NCBI RefSeq assembly: GCF_052425735.1
Contig: NC_135759.1
Location: 44,702,001 to 44,766,000, forward strand
Reading direction: 5' to 3'
Length of the DNA stretch: 64,000 bases
Origin: Oculina patagonica
Taxonomy: Eukaryota
The notes below the pieces were generated by a model, which worked only from the letters and a program-made list of their open reading frames with translations, did no database searches and had not been told where the DNA came from. The translations under genes and the position numbers were made by a program. Below are positions 26,601 to 38,092 of this stretch, in pieces; positions within the stretch are counted from its first letter, which is position 1; every line of letters starts with the position of its first letter.

Positions 26601-26825
26601 TCATAAAGTTGGCAGAACATACACTACTGCCATTTATACGTTGACAATGACAAAATATTGTGTACTTATTATCCAACATTAAGTAAGCCAGTCATCGCTC
26701 TCTCAAAACTTCATTGAACTTATCATTATCAAAACAGAAAAAAAAACCGGCAATACAAACTTACCATAACTATCGCATATTAAGAGAAAAACGAGGAAAA
26801 GGAACGAACAAGTAAAGTTTCCCAT
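17945..26825 (-). CDS. Secreted VWA-TSP1-TSP1-VWA-ShK protein, copy 1 (about 590 aa, 9 coding exons)
   Basis: Exons 26825-26765 (signal), 25797-25358 and 24339-24177 (VWA1, MIDAS DISQS/T/TDG), 23881-23699 and 22540-22358 (TSP1), 21216-20665 (VWA2, DSSGS/T/TDG), 19536-19504 and 19173-19147 (Pro-rich), 18075-17945 (ShK plus stop). All GT-AG; phases are compatible; 1773 nt in total. Confidence 0.85.
18169..18631. mobile_element. Tc1/mariner(pogo)-type MITE in an intron
   Basis: TA|CAGTCGAAGCTCTC..GAGAGCTTCGGCTG|TA; absent from the homologous intron of copies 2 and 3. Confidence 0.8.
19147..19173 (-). CDS. Exon: 27-nt Pro-rich micro-exon, copy 1
   Basis: TTTACAG|CG CCA CCG AAA CCT ACA GTT TTA TCG C|GTAAGT. 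Confidence 0.7.
19504..19536 (-). CDS. Exon: 33-nt Pro-rich micro-exon, copy 1
   Basis: TTTACAG|CT CCG CCA AAA CCT GGA GCG CCA CAA CAA CCA A|GTATGT. Confidence 0.7.
19915..20595. mobile_element. Truncated DNA transposon (Kolobok-like end) with a long internal hairpin
   Basis: About 19921-20070 is inverted at about 20270-20422; ends GAGCCTCC|TTAA; not in copies 2 and 3. Confidence 0.5.
20665..21216 (-). CDS. Exon: VWA domain 2, copy 1
   Basis: CPTDVVFIVDSSGSV..GGRTRID..IILTDG..VLAVGIG. Confidence 0.92.
21379..21682 (-). mobile_element. 304-bp hammerhead-bearing insertion (retrozyme / solo PLE pLTR-like)
   Basis: ATTAAGAATT duplicated at 21369-21378 and 21683-21692; a single ATTAAGAATT at the empty site in copy 2 (about 45986). 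Confidence 0.7.
21466..21533 (-). ncRNA. Type I hammerhead ribozyme
   Basis: TCGTT gata TTGC-CTGATGA-GTGTGGTC atccttt GATCACAC-GAAA-CA gtgt TG-TC^GCAA aa AACGA: full core, 8-bp stem II, 3-bp stem III, bulged stem I, GUC site. Confidence 0.85.
22358..22540 (-). CDS. Exon: TSP1 repeat b, copy 1
   Basis: PIDGKYTDWSPASECSATCGVGIQTVKRTCTNPPPSNGGRNC..CNAQKCP. Confidence 0.88.
22681..23675. mobile_element. Nested non-autonomous insertion(s), Crypton-like, between the TSP1 exons
   Basis: Absent in copy 2, where the intron is only 155 nt; ends TAGATTAG..CTCGTAGTCTA; internal hairpins. Confidence 0.6.
23699..23881 (-). CDS. Exon: TSP1 repeat a, copy 1
   Basis: PVDGKYTNWSPASECSVTCGIGIQTLRRTCTNPPPSNGGRNC..CNVGRCP. 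Confidence 0.9.
24177..24339 (-). CDS. Exon: C-terminal part of VWA domain 1, copy 1
   Basis: CAG|AKNVTIKVIGIG..FKEFVC G|GTAAG. Confidence 0.85.
24993..25305. mobile_element. MITE with 6-bp TSD
   Basis: TIR GAGGGTCTCAATGGGG/CCCCATTGACACCCTC; AATAAA duplicated; empty site in copy 2. Confidence 0.8.
25358..25797 (-). CDS. Exon: VWA domain 1, copy 1
   Basis: DCHQIMDIAILGDISQSM..EGTRTD..MLIFTDG. Confidence 0.9.
26765..26825 (-). CDS. Exon: signal peptide, copy 1
   Basis: MGNFTCSFLFLVFLLICDSY G|GTAAG; conserved at 60708-60768. Confidence 0.8.
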
Positions 26826-27473
26826 CTCAGTTAAACGTCTACACCCTCCTTTCAAGTAGAAACTGTAAAATAAGTGTAACATCATGAGAAATGTTTCAGT
26901 TCCAAATGTCAAATTAGCCCAAAGGGACCAAAGGGGGTCATCTTGACAATTTGGCGCAGTTCGCGGCTAATTCAAACATAAAAAAAAAAAACAATTCAGC
27001 CATCTCCGAAACATTTTACACTTGATGACTGTTCCTGACGGAGAAAGTCTCTCGGGAAAGTAAGTAATATCCCGTTGACGGGCCCCAGTTACGAATCCGG
27101 CCCGATGATGTGAGAGAGGCGACTCGTCGACGAGCGGCGGAATTCCCAACAGTGGCGTGACGTTGAATCCCCTCGAGGGGTCAGAAATGCCTGATCCCAC
27201 AGAAAATGCGAAGCAAAGAGAAGGGATAAAGTACGATAGTGCAAGGATGCAACTTGTGTCGCATGGTCGGAATTATCCCCGTCAACCGGGCGAAATCCAT
27301 ATGAACAGACGTCAAAACTGTCCGGTAACCGAGACAGCCGTTAACCGGGCTCAGTGAAGAGGCCCTAAGTTGAAGTAAGGCAAGGCAGGCAAGCAAGCCT
27401 GCGATGTACAGTTTTTCTAGCAGCCACAAATTAACCAAAACAGGCCACGAGTGAAATGGAAGTCCATGCTTAA

Positions 27474-27973
27474 GGGCCTCTTCACATGAGCCGGGTTTAC
27501 GGGCTGTCTCGGTTACCAGGACGGATTTTGACGTCTGTTCATATGAATTTTTGGACTGGTTGAAGGGGATAAAATTCAACAAACGAAACCAAAATAGCGA
27601 CACATAAAGTTGCATCTTTCGCGACTATCATAGCTTTATCGACCCTTGTAACTTTACTTTTAAAGTTAATTTGCATATTTCTGAAGTGGAAGTAGATACA
27701 AGGCAAAATTATGCCATTTTGACCACCCAGTTACGAAAGGGAAGCTATTTTCTCAAAAAAAAAGTTGCGTCACGGCGGCCGGGATGGAGTGTTCATATGG
27801 GAAAATTTTCTTCCCGGTTGCCGATATCTCGGTTGCAGAAACCGAGATATCGGTAACGGGGCTGGCCCGCCTTCTCATATGAACACATCAAAAATGTTAC
27901 AAAGAAAATTGGAGTGAGCCGAGATCTCGGTAACTGGGTCAGCCCGGTCAACCGAGACCATATGAAGAGGCCC
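27474..27973. mobile_element. PIF/Harbinger-type MITE
   Basis: TAA|GGGCCTCTTCACATG..CATATGAAGAGGCCC|TAA; a related right end lies at about 27290-27368. Confidence 0.75.
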
Positions 27974-29063
27974 TAAGTACATGCCACTCAGCGATTGACT
28001 GAATTGTACCGCGTAAAATCTTTTGAAAGCAGCTTTGGAATACATCATCCGGCGAGTAGTTTCACCAAACCGTGACGCCAAGAAAAATACCGACATTCTG
28101 CACCAAAATCATTCCATGCGCACAATACGCCAAGATCTCGTCAAGGTTTTAAAAACTCTATGCAAAGCGGCCAAGGCCTCTGAATTCTAAAATCTAAAAC
28201 TACATAAATTATAGTCCCACGCCGAAGATTTGATGGCACGAAAACAACCCTTGACCTCAATCAATCAATAAAATTTGTTCACCCTCGGACCTGACGTGGG
28301 CTGACTAGGTCCCTAGCAAGACATTGTAGCAAAATTGTTATTTGTTCTTCACAATTTACCCGTGTTGAAATAAAGAGTCAATCCCTGCCGTCGGGTCTTT
28401 TTCTTCTTAATTTTTTTTTTTTTTTTTTTTTTCAAACCTAAGTTATAGAATTAAAACGTTCGAAGTTAAGATTCTCGTCTCTATCAATCGACCCAACTGC
28501 CAAACGTTATTTTCTAATCCAATAAACTCGCTCGTCTTTTTGCCTTCACGTCAGGCAAAAAAGCCGCCCTCCATTTACCGCGCACTTGACCTAAAATGGT
28601 TCTTTTTTTTAGAGTGAGAGATACGATAATGTTATTATAAACCTCGTTTGTAGATACCCGTGGATTAACGTCGATTAATGGCCCCAAGCTCGAAAAAAAC
28701 TCGAACTCGATTAATAAGAGTTATTTATACAAGTGCTTATTTTATTATATTCTAATAGTTTGTTAAAGGAGAACAGAAGCCTTACTTCATGTTTTGAACG
28801 GAAGGCTCATTTTAATTTTTGATCAAAATTATGGGAAGTAAGTTTAAAGCGACTTTGAAGCTTCGAAGAATTTAACAACATGTTAGTGACGTTTTAGGCT
28901 TAAATTAAATGAACTGAAAGAGAACATCCAGAGTTGGCTTAGCCTGCGCTGCAGACGAACAAAACCCCTGCAACGCAGGCTAAAGTTAACTCGGCCTCTG
29001 TTCGAAAATAAGACGCTCTTGTAAGACAAAAGTGTATAGCAATTAAACTACAGTGCTACTTAC

Positions 29064-29179
29064 ATCAGCCGCAGTCAGCGCTTATAGTGTTTTCTCTAGT
29101 TATTCCAACGGTCCTTTGATGGTTAAGCTAGCCAGTGGACGATTCTCTGGTGGACGTTCATACGCGGTCAACTTATATA
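29064..29179 (-). promoter_or_regulatory. Candidate TATA box and non-coding first exon of copy 1
   Basis: TATATAA at 29179-29173; GTAAGT donor at 29063-29058; strong TTATTTTACAG acceptor at 26863, just upstream of the ATG. Confidence 0.35.
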
Positions 29180-31287
29180 GCTTTGCTAAACTCTGCTTGG
29201 ACACGTAAAATAATAAAAGGAACAATAACGTATTGTTCCACGTAAAAGGAACAATATATCACATTTCGCGGTTGGAAATAGATTCTTGTGGAAAGCATTA
29301 GTTGAGCCATTGCGCTCAAAATAAACCAGGAAATAGAGTAAGCTCTGCTGGGATATAACTTCTGCTCATAAACTGGCATATTCTGCCTGTCAGTATTGTT
29401 CGTAAAAAAATGCTCATGTGGAGATGGGCAGTGCAACTTAACAAGATAAAGTTACACACAAACGTTCCGATTGACAACAACAACACACGCTTTATTACCA
29501 AAAGAATAAATAAGATTTACAATTCAAACATAAATTATAAAAACAAAAATAGGTTAATTTACTCAGAATAACTAAAGAGCTAATCGAGCTGAGTTACAAT
29601 AAATAAACGTTAAAATGACCTAAGTGACAGTTAAGTTATTGCCACCGAATTCTTTCGTCTACAACGTAATGTCACATCTTTAAGCTCTAATAAGGGCCAC
29701 TAGTTTCTCAGTTTTTAACTGCAAAGTGTTTTTACCCTCGTTAAATAAAGTTATTATTATTATTATAAACAATACCTTGATAGACAAAAACATGCACTTT
29801 TTGCCCTGAACGCACAAAGTAACACAAAAACCGCAAGTTACATCCCTTAACAAGAAGACGAGCACCCAACCTCTTTCAGATAGACGTCCCCCCGGCCCCG
29901 GGGGTTCACAAGGTTTTCTACATTCCTGGCCTCCTACGTTTCCAAAAAGAATTCGTTTTATACACTTAAGGTCTAGAGGCATTTAATTCAATGTCAACTT
30001 CTGAGAAGGAGTTTCTCGGACTGATTTAGCTCTTTAAAACTAATCGGTTTTAAATCAATTCCAATTACAAAAATCCTATTTTAACCTCATCGTTGACGAC
30101 TTCGGTCTGTCGGTAGTTTCTCGGCATTTTGGCAGTCAAAGGTTTTTTTCATCCACCAAAACTGTTTAATAGCACCAGACACCCAGCGAAATTTTGTGGC
30201 CTGTTGAGATCATACTTTGGTACGTCCCGAGAACCCATCGGTCGAGAGATGTTTCTATCGATCAAGAATTTATCGTCAGTCATTTGATTATTCTGAACAC
30301 ATTTGAGAAATTTTCTTCGCTCGAGACAAAACAGTTCTAGAAGACAACCTTATTAAAATGCCCGAGAAACTTCTGCCCTGTTATCATAATTTACCCCCCT
30401 TGTTTTAGGGTCGGTAAATTAAAACCAGTATAATTTTAGCCACCTTATGAAAATGCCTAAGAGAGTCCTGCTCTGTGCAGTTAAGTTAGTCACGTCATTT
30501 TCAATCATTTGAGAAATCCTTAAAACAATTAATTTTAACAACCTCATTAAGATGCCTGAGAAACGCCTGATCTGTGTACTTAACTAAGTCACGTCGCTTT
30601 AAAATCGGTTATAAACCTGATGAAACTTTATCGTTCAAGAAACGTTTGGTTAGTAGATGGAGAAAGCTGTATCTAATCAGAACTTGTTTTCAGTCGAAAA
30701 TTGACAGCAATTAAAATATTTTTACTTGTCAAATGTCTGAGAAACTCATGCTCTGAAGTCATACTGATTAGCCTTCTGACCCTGAGTATATAATTATTGT
30801 ATTTTTTTTAGTATCTTGTTCCTTCTGGATTTATTACCACACACATATATAAAGTATGTTTGCGTTGCTTTGGCTGAGCTCTGTTTCAGTTAAATAATAA
30901 AACAAAACATTACGTTTGGGATCTTTTTGGCCACAAATGTGGCTGTTTGATATTAAGGATAGAAAGAACAAATTTGAAAACCTTAAAAGATCCATTCACC
31001 TGTTGTAAACATTGAGCAAAAGAGGAATGTACCCACGTGAGTTTCTTTTAATAGCTTCTTGAATAATAGATCCAATGTCCGGAACCCCGAACCTGAATAT
31101 GGCAAAGGATTTACATTGTTTTAATATCAATACCCTTTGTATGTAGCTTTTTAACGAAAGATTAGTGAGCAGAACACAGCAACACTATTATATTTCAGCT
31201 CCGGCGCCTTTTTGATACGAAAGCTTTTCTCCTGTTAAATCTGCGAGAATTAAAAAACAAGCTGTGCATGCCTATGAGAGATCGCAA

Positions 31288-31930
31288 TAATGTATGGTAG
31301 AGAGGCGAATGACTTGTGTGATTCGGGCGCCTCGACCATCTTGAAAAATGTTCCAACAAGATCAATGACATAATATCACTCGAGGCGCCCGAGTACACAA
31401 GTCATTCGCCTCAATACCATACATTAAAGGCGTAACAGAACCTCTGACCCGTGTTCTCAAAAAGCACGATATCACAGTAGTAAACAAACCACTGACCACC
31501 CTCCAACAACAGTTCCCGGCTCCAAAATTTCGACCTTCTTTGGAATCGCAGACAAACGTTGTCTATAAAATTCCTTGTGCTGAGTGTTCATGGTGTTACA
31601 TTGGTGAGACGGGCAGAGCCTTCAACACCAGGAAAAAAGAACACCTGAGAAATGTTAAAACCGCGGCAAAAGGTTCGAGAATCGCTAATCACGTCTGGTC
31701 CAATAATCACGCGATTGACTTTGATAATGCATCTGTCATTGATAAAGGCGGCTTTAGAACAAGAAAAACGTTGGAAGCGTGGCATTCGAAGCTCTCCCAA
31801 TGCGGATAACAATTCCTGTCCTCTACCTGGACAGTACAACATTCTTTTTCACAAATATTCTTAGTTATTAGCATATTTTACATTTTACCCGTCGAAGGCT
31901 GTAGTTCAAACAGCCGAAAGCTCGTATTTT
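31288..31930 (+). mobile_element. 5'-truncated Penelope/Poseidon-type PLE with an inverted 5' end
   Basis: PYIKGVTEPL..VVYKIPCAECSWCYIGETGR..EH GIY-YIG motif; 31288-31335 inverted at 31381-31427; degenerate hammerhead at about 31885-31926. Confidence 0.85.
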
Positions 31931-34371
31931 TAAAGTTTTTAAGCCAGAGATCGTTTTAAATTTTATAATATGTTGTATCCTGGCTGCGGTCCTTCAATAT
32001 TCTCAGATATGATATCTGTTCATGCAGTGGATTACACCAGTCCGCTTTTGCCTCCTTGTTCGAGATTTGCCTCCTTCGCTCTCGCAATTTCAATACATAC
32101 CTTGTAGTTCGTCTCCATTTCATTTCTTTTATGTCGCTCTTTCAATGCGTGTCAATCGGGGTATTATAAGTCTGAGAACAGTCTAGTCCCAGCGTCTTCT
32201 TTTATAAATGCGGTGCATATACATGATAGTTCCCATTTTAGCTATTTGGCGAGATTTTCGCCTAACAATTTGGACTTCCACTGAACTTGCCTCTATTTGA
32301 GCAAAACGGTCCACAACGAGAGGCTGTTATTATTTGATTTTAATTATTATAACAATAGGTTGATGTTCGCAGGCGTTAATTTTTGGTCCGACTCAGGGTC
32401 ATTTTAGCCCAAGCCGCAGGCGAGGGCCAAAATGTGCTCTGAGAAGGGCCAAAACATATTTACCCGCAAGACCAGAACTCTATTACTTTTATATTAATTT
32501 TAGAGTGCATGATTAAGTTAAGGAATTAAAAACAGTTAACGATATCTCGAACACTGCAGTTGTGTCGAGTCGGCGGCTATTACTGATTGAAAACCAGATC
32601 ACAAAGTTTACAAAACTCTGTAGGAAGCCTCAAAATTACTCAAAATAATCAATGCTTGAAAAGGAAATTGCAGAATTATATCGACAGTAAAGAAATAGTC
32701 GTCATTTAGAAGTGTTGTAAAGCTTAATAGTTGTTTTTAGAATTTAGTTGTTTTAATTCTCTGTCGGTTATTTGTCATTTTGTTGCTTCCTTTCAAGTCT
32801 TTTGTTGTAAGGTCCTGATTGCCCACTCCGATGTTTTGAGTTGTTTATCTTAGTTTATTAAGGGCCCTTATCGTTGAGCTGTAGTCTTTTTCAGTGGTAC
32901 GTCATGTTTGGGCTAGTTCCTCGAAGCTTTGGTTATTTTGTTATTCAAGTCCAAGGTTGTTCAAGGTCTACCTCACACTAAGAGTTTCTAAGTTTAGGTT
33001 GTGTTGGTTATCTTGTCAAGTGTTTGTATTTGAAGGTTCCGTTCCCACGGTAGAAGAACTTGAAATCATCTATCTTGATTTGGGACCTCCGTAAAGGTTC
33101 CTGTTTTGGTCTAGTTTTTGAGTGTCTTGATTTATCATTGGTCGTTTACTCTCTATTTAGTTGGTTTTTCATGTAGGTCTGTTTGTATTTGTTTTCTTAA
33201 GTCGGTCTTGGCGATGTCTCAAGTTTTCCAAGGTCACAGAGTTTTGAACCCAAACATGTCTACGTTTTAGCTATATTAGAAGTTCACTAGAATTAGAAGA
33301 GTTGTGCATAGAAGAGGTCGAACATTAAAGGACTGCAGTTAAGAAGACGGTCAAAGAGTCTCGATACCTCCCCCCTATTCAGCCAAGCAACACAGCTCCC
33401 GAGTTGTTCTACAGTTCTACAGAAGTGTTAAAATTAATTGTGATGTAAATAGAACCTGCGTGCTGGCATAATGCCTGAACTGAGCGAGTTTCCCCCAACG
33501 ACGAAATGTACAAACTTTATACATTCGCTTTTCCGCCTAGATTCCTCTTCGACTTGCTATATTTACTCTACATCTAGCTGAGAAGTTTCAGAAATTTGCT
33601 TCCCTGTTAAGTTTTTTAGTCATTTTCTCGTTATGAAGATTCAAAACAGTTTGTAGTTGAAAGCACCTCGAGTAATTAAGAAAACGGCGCGAACAGTTGA
33701 GTGGTTTTCAGTTATGATTGGCTTGCTTCGTTTTCTTTTTCTTTCCGAGTGTTTATGACGCCATAACTATTACAAAAATGCAATTTTCATAAAAACCGAT
33801 ACGTCACATGGAGCTTGCGGACGTTCTTTATCTATTGGCGCTGATAGTTACAAATCTTTAATTTACGCCGTTTGAGTTGTATGTTCTGGATTAGTGACTC
33901 GTCAAATATGCCCGTGACTTAAAACTCGTAAAGGACTCTTCAATGGAACAACCCTGTGCAAAAATTGTATCCGTATGAGGTCTGGTTTCCAGAATATGAC
34001 AGTTAGAAACCTTACTTAGCAACAAATTGGTAGTTGAGAGTCACCCCCTTAATAAGCCAAGTTCGATTGAAAAATTCTTACATGTTAGAGAAATAAGACA
34101 TAAGAGATTGTGAGAAATGAATAAATTGCTTTAGCAGCAACTTAATGTAAAGAATTTTAATATGTCGAAATTGGCCTATTTGAAGTGCACCGAATCGGGC
34201 ACGCACGAAGCTCAATTTGTTTCAGTGGGATAAAAACGCAGTGGGCGAGAAAACGCAGCCTCACTCCCATTTCCTAGGACGCGTATTTTACTTTCTCCCC
34301 CAGCCTCTCCCGAGTTCGAATCCAAAATGACGCTCGCCCTTAGCCGTCATTGAATATTTCCTACCTTTTTA

Positions 34372-34690
34372 GAGGGTCTCAATGGGGTTAACCGTTAGCC
34401 GTTAGGCGTAAAAAATGGAAAATTTTAACCGTTAGCCGTAAAATGTGTTAACCGTAAAAATCGGTCAGTGATTATTAATAACCCAAACTAGTTCACTTCA
34501 TCGTCCCAAAAATGGTCCAAAGACCTAAAATACGTTTTTCAATAATGGAAATTGATTTTTAACTATTAAAAACAATGAAAATTAACTTTTAACTTCTGTT
34601 AACCGTAATGGAAATAAATTAACCGTTAGCCGTAAAAAGGCCAAAATTTTAAACGGTAACCGTAAAAGCCCCCACCCCATTGAGACCCTC
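34372..34690. mobile_element. MITE with 6-bp TSD (same family as 24993-25305)
   Basis: Same TIRs; TTTTTA duplicated. Confidence 0.8.
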
Positions 34691-35099
34691 TTTTTAGGAT
34701 TCTTTTACCCACCGCAAAGATCACTGAGGTCTCAAAACAAACAGCGTAAGTGTTGAAAGCATGCTGTTTTTGCTGGCATTCCTCACATGGGCCTCTTGAA
34801 GCAAACGGTCACTTGGTACAAAATAACACCATATGCTATGCGCTGGGACATAAAAAACAAAGCGACTTTAACCAGTCATGCTTGACTTTCCTTTGTTTCG
34901 AATGTCCCAGACCGTAGCTTGCCCTTCAGCATGGCAGATTTTGTACCATGTGACAGTAAACCGCAAGGCGCCTATTGTTTCTCTCGCGTTTGACTAAGGG
35001 GCGTTACCCAGAATTGCCACTGTCAACGGCTCTTTAGCCTGTATCAGGCAGCTGTAGGCTATGTGGAAGATCAAATCAGCCAACGGTAAACCGGCGTGG

Positions 35100-35810
35100 C
35101 TACAATCCACAAACCCTCCAACAAGACCTAGAGAAATAAAACATCTATCTCAGTCCGACGCCCTCAGAAAGAACATCTTAACGAAAGAAAAGGTGAACAG
35201 GATTCCCTTGGTTCTCACGTACCACCCTCTTAACAACAAAATCAAGCGAATCCTGCTAGACAACTTCAAGGTAGTCACTGACGACCCTGCGACTACTCCC
35301 ATTTTCCCTCAGCCGCCGATGGACGCGTTTCGCCGGGATAGAAACTTGCGTTCAACGCTGGTACACACAGCCACCAAGCAAGCTACCAAACGCGCAGGGT
35401 CTTACCCTTGTGGAAACTCCCACTTTCGCACTTGTGACCACATCTCTAGTAATATCAACATTCAGGGCCCAAAAGATTCTATTAACATCCGGAGGCCGTT
35501 CACTTGTTCCTCCTCAGGACTTATCTACTGCATCTCCTGCCGTCGCTGATCTGCCATTTACATCGGCGAAACTGGGCGCACTCTAAGGGAACGTCTTCGC
35601 GAACATCTGCGAGGCATCACCAAGAGTGCGCCTGGCACCCCCGTCGCATAGCATTTCAGCTTTAACGGACACGGCTCAGCCGACGCACAGGTCCGCGGCG
35701 TCAAGCTCTGTGGCGGTAACGAGCAAAGAAAGAGACAAGAGATGCGTTTGATTTTCCAACTTGGGACCTGCCAACCGCGCGGCCTCAACTTAGATTTCCG
35801 TTTTTATTGA
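35100..35810 (+). mobile_element. Decayed Neptune-type PLE 3' fragment (Cys linker plus GIY-YIG)
   Basis: RIPLVLTYHP..RDRNLR..PCGNSHFRTCDH..FTCSSSGLIYCISCRR*..YIGETGR..EH, with stops. Confidence 0.8.
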
Positions 35811-35890
35811 GGTTCTCCCCCGCGTGCTAGAGTAAACCTTTACATGACTTAAAATATTCTCGTGGCGTATTTTTAACGGTCGTTTTATTA

Positions 35891-36573
35891 AGCCTGGTTT
35901 TCACTGGCGACGCAAGCACAAGCACAAACACAAGCGCAAGCATAGGCAGTTTGCTCAAAGTGGAAACGAACGTCGACATAACACAAGTACATTAGCATAA
36001 GAATACGATGTTTACTAGTTATAGAAGGCTCCGTTCTCCACTTCGTTCGCTTGGCAATTATTACGGCAGAAACCCCAGGCATCGAGTGTTGTTGTCTCCT
36101 GTACTCTTGTAACGAAGAAAGCGAAAGCGACTACAAAAAAAGGAGGACAACGAAACATTTGGGGTTATATATATTTTTAAAGAAAGCACTCATCTCCATT
36201 TCTTTCGCTACTCGATTCCGCGCTTTTGCCTTTTTGTTTTTTGTCTACATTCCTCCGAAAAATCTCGAAAAACATTTATCAAAATCAACCGCGGCCTCTG
36301 CGACTTTGTTCAAATACTGGAACGAGTGCTTCAATTGGCTAAACACGGCCAGACGTAAACAATTTTCTTGTGCTCACTCAGTATGCGATGTTTCGTTTTC
36401 ACACGAACGCAAGCACAAGCGCAAGCGCAAGAAAAGGAAAAATTTTGATCCTTGTGCTTGTGCTTGCGCTTGTGCTTATGCTTGTGTCGAAACCGTTTTC
36501 ACTATGACATAAGAGCTGTTATGCTTGCGCTTGTGCTTGCGCTTGTGCTTGCGTCGCTAGTGAATACCAGGCT
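35891..36573. mobile_element. PIF/Harbinger-type MITE with GCTTGT/GCTTGC hexamer arrays
   Basis: TTA|AGCCTGGTTTTCACTGGCGACGC..GCGTCGCTAGTGAATACCAGGCT|TTA. Confidence 0.8.
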
Positions 36574-37613
36574 TTAGTTGCGACCTTTGTAAAGAAACAT
36601 TAGTTCTTTGATATGAAATTCCGGCGGCATCCGATCACAAAACAAATGTTGACATTGCGGGAAAATTCCGCGGCCTCACAAAGCAAATGTTGACATAGCG
36701 GGAAAAATATTGACATGGCGGGAAAATTCGGCGGCCTCAGAAAGCAAACACGCATGGAATGCAGTTCTCCCCCTGTAGAATTATCTCGTGTCGTCATGAC
36801 AACGTCGTCATGACGACACGAAACAAAAAGTGTTTAAGTAAAGTATTATCTACGAACAATCAATTTTGTAATTAGACTGACTGTTTAGCAGCTAAGTCGA
36901 TCCAAATCGAGTCCCATGAAAAGCCCAGAGCCCTTGCCTTCAAGCCGACTTGCCGCAGTCCACCAATTTTGATTTTACTTTAAATTTAGCCAATGATGTC
37001 ATAAGATGTATTTTTACGGGTTCTGTTCACATACCACAACATTGAATAATGCCGATATTTTTTTAATCATAACTGTTTCATTTTATATTGCACGAACACT
37101 GTGCCCACTTTTAGTAACACCCTACAGGCTAATCTTGTAATCCTAAGTATTATTTTTGTGTAATGTTGCTAAATTGGGTACATGTATAAAACAAATTGCA
37201 GGGCATTGCACATCACAGTAAATGAAAATATCATGGGTAACAAACATTTTGTTTTCAGTTAAAATCGTAACAAATCTCGGAAAAGACTAGTATAGAGCCT
37301 TGAAATGACATATTTCTAAGGTTTTTATTTTTTATCTGTCAAGCTTGGTCTAAATAGAGACATTTAGCTTCAGGTTATCTGCTATAAACGTCAAACCACA
37401 AACGTCTAGGAATCACGTGCTCAGGCCCCGAGGTCACGTTTGAGGTTTTCAACGCACGTTTTCGACGGCAAGAGGTAGCTTTTCACGTTGGTGATTTCCC
37501 TCAAGGTTTCTGCTCTTTTATTTTTAAAGTAAATAGTTTGAACCCAGGAGTATCAGTAGTTCGTATAGTGTGATCGTCCGGGTGAGAGTAGTTCTGAGAA
37601 GAACTGTTGTTGG

Positions 37614-37658
37614 TGACTGACGTTTCGACAACCTGAGCGGAAGTCATCTTCAGAGTCA
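37614..37658 (-). ncRNA. Minimal hammerhead ribozyme of the host PLE
   Basis: TGACT-CTGAAGA-T-GAC..GTC-GAAA-CG-TC^AGTCA. Confidence 0.8.
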
Positions 37659-37872
37659 AGTGAAAAGTTGTTGTCAGTCGATGATGTTATAAGTCTGGTC
37701 CGTTGAAGCTGATTGGTCAGTTAAGCCGTGATGTTATTGGCTGTAAGACTCGTGTAAAGTTAGTCATCAGTAATCTTTGGATGTTGTCCTTCAGTAGCAT
37801 GTTCAATAAAAAAGTTAAAAGTTCAACTGAGGCCTTACACTACTGTGTTAAAAAGTTTTAAAAAGTTTTAAG

Positions 37873-37909
37873 ATCCAAGCTTTCGCCGATCTACGGCATC
37901 ATCAGGGAT
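37873..37909 (-). ncRNA. Minimal hammerhead ribozyme (3' pLTR)
   Basis: ATCC-CTGATGA-T-GCCG tagat CGGC-GAAA-GC-TT^GGAT. Confidence 0.8.
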
Positions 37910-38092
37910 AATAGGAAATATTCCGCGCGAGGCTTATATACAGATGTAAAATAAAACGTGAGAAAAGCGAAAGAATGTGGGCGGTAAATGTAAATGCTAA
38001 TTAATAAGATACAAATATGAATAAAAATGAAAATGTGGTCTAACGAGCGAGTGTCAAAGTACAAAGAGTCTCTAGATATGTTAAAATAAGTA

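Noticed and set aside
36051-36512. 153-aa ORF with a CACACA-type tail (also 48438-48791)
   Set aside because: Reads through the MITE hexamer repeats; no transposase similarity
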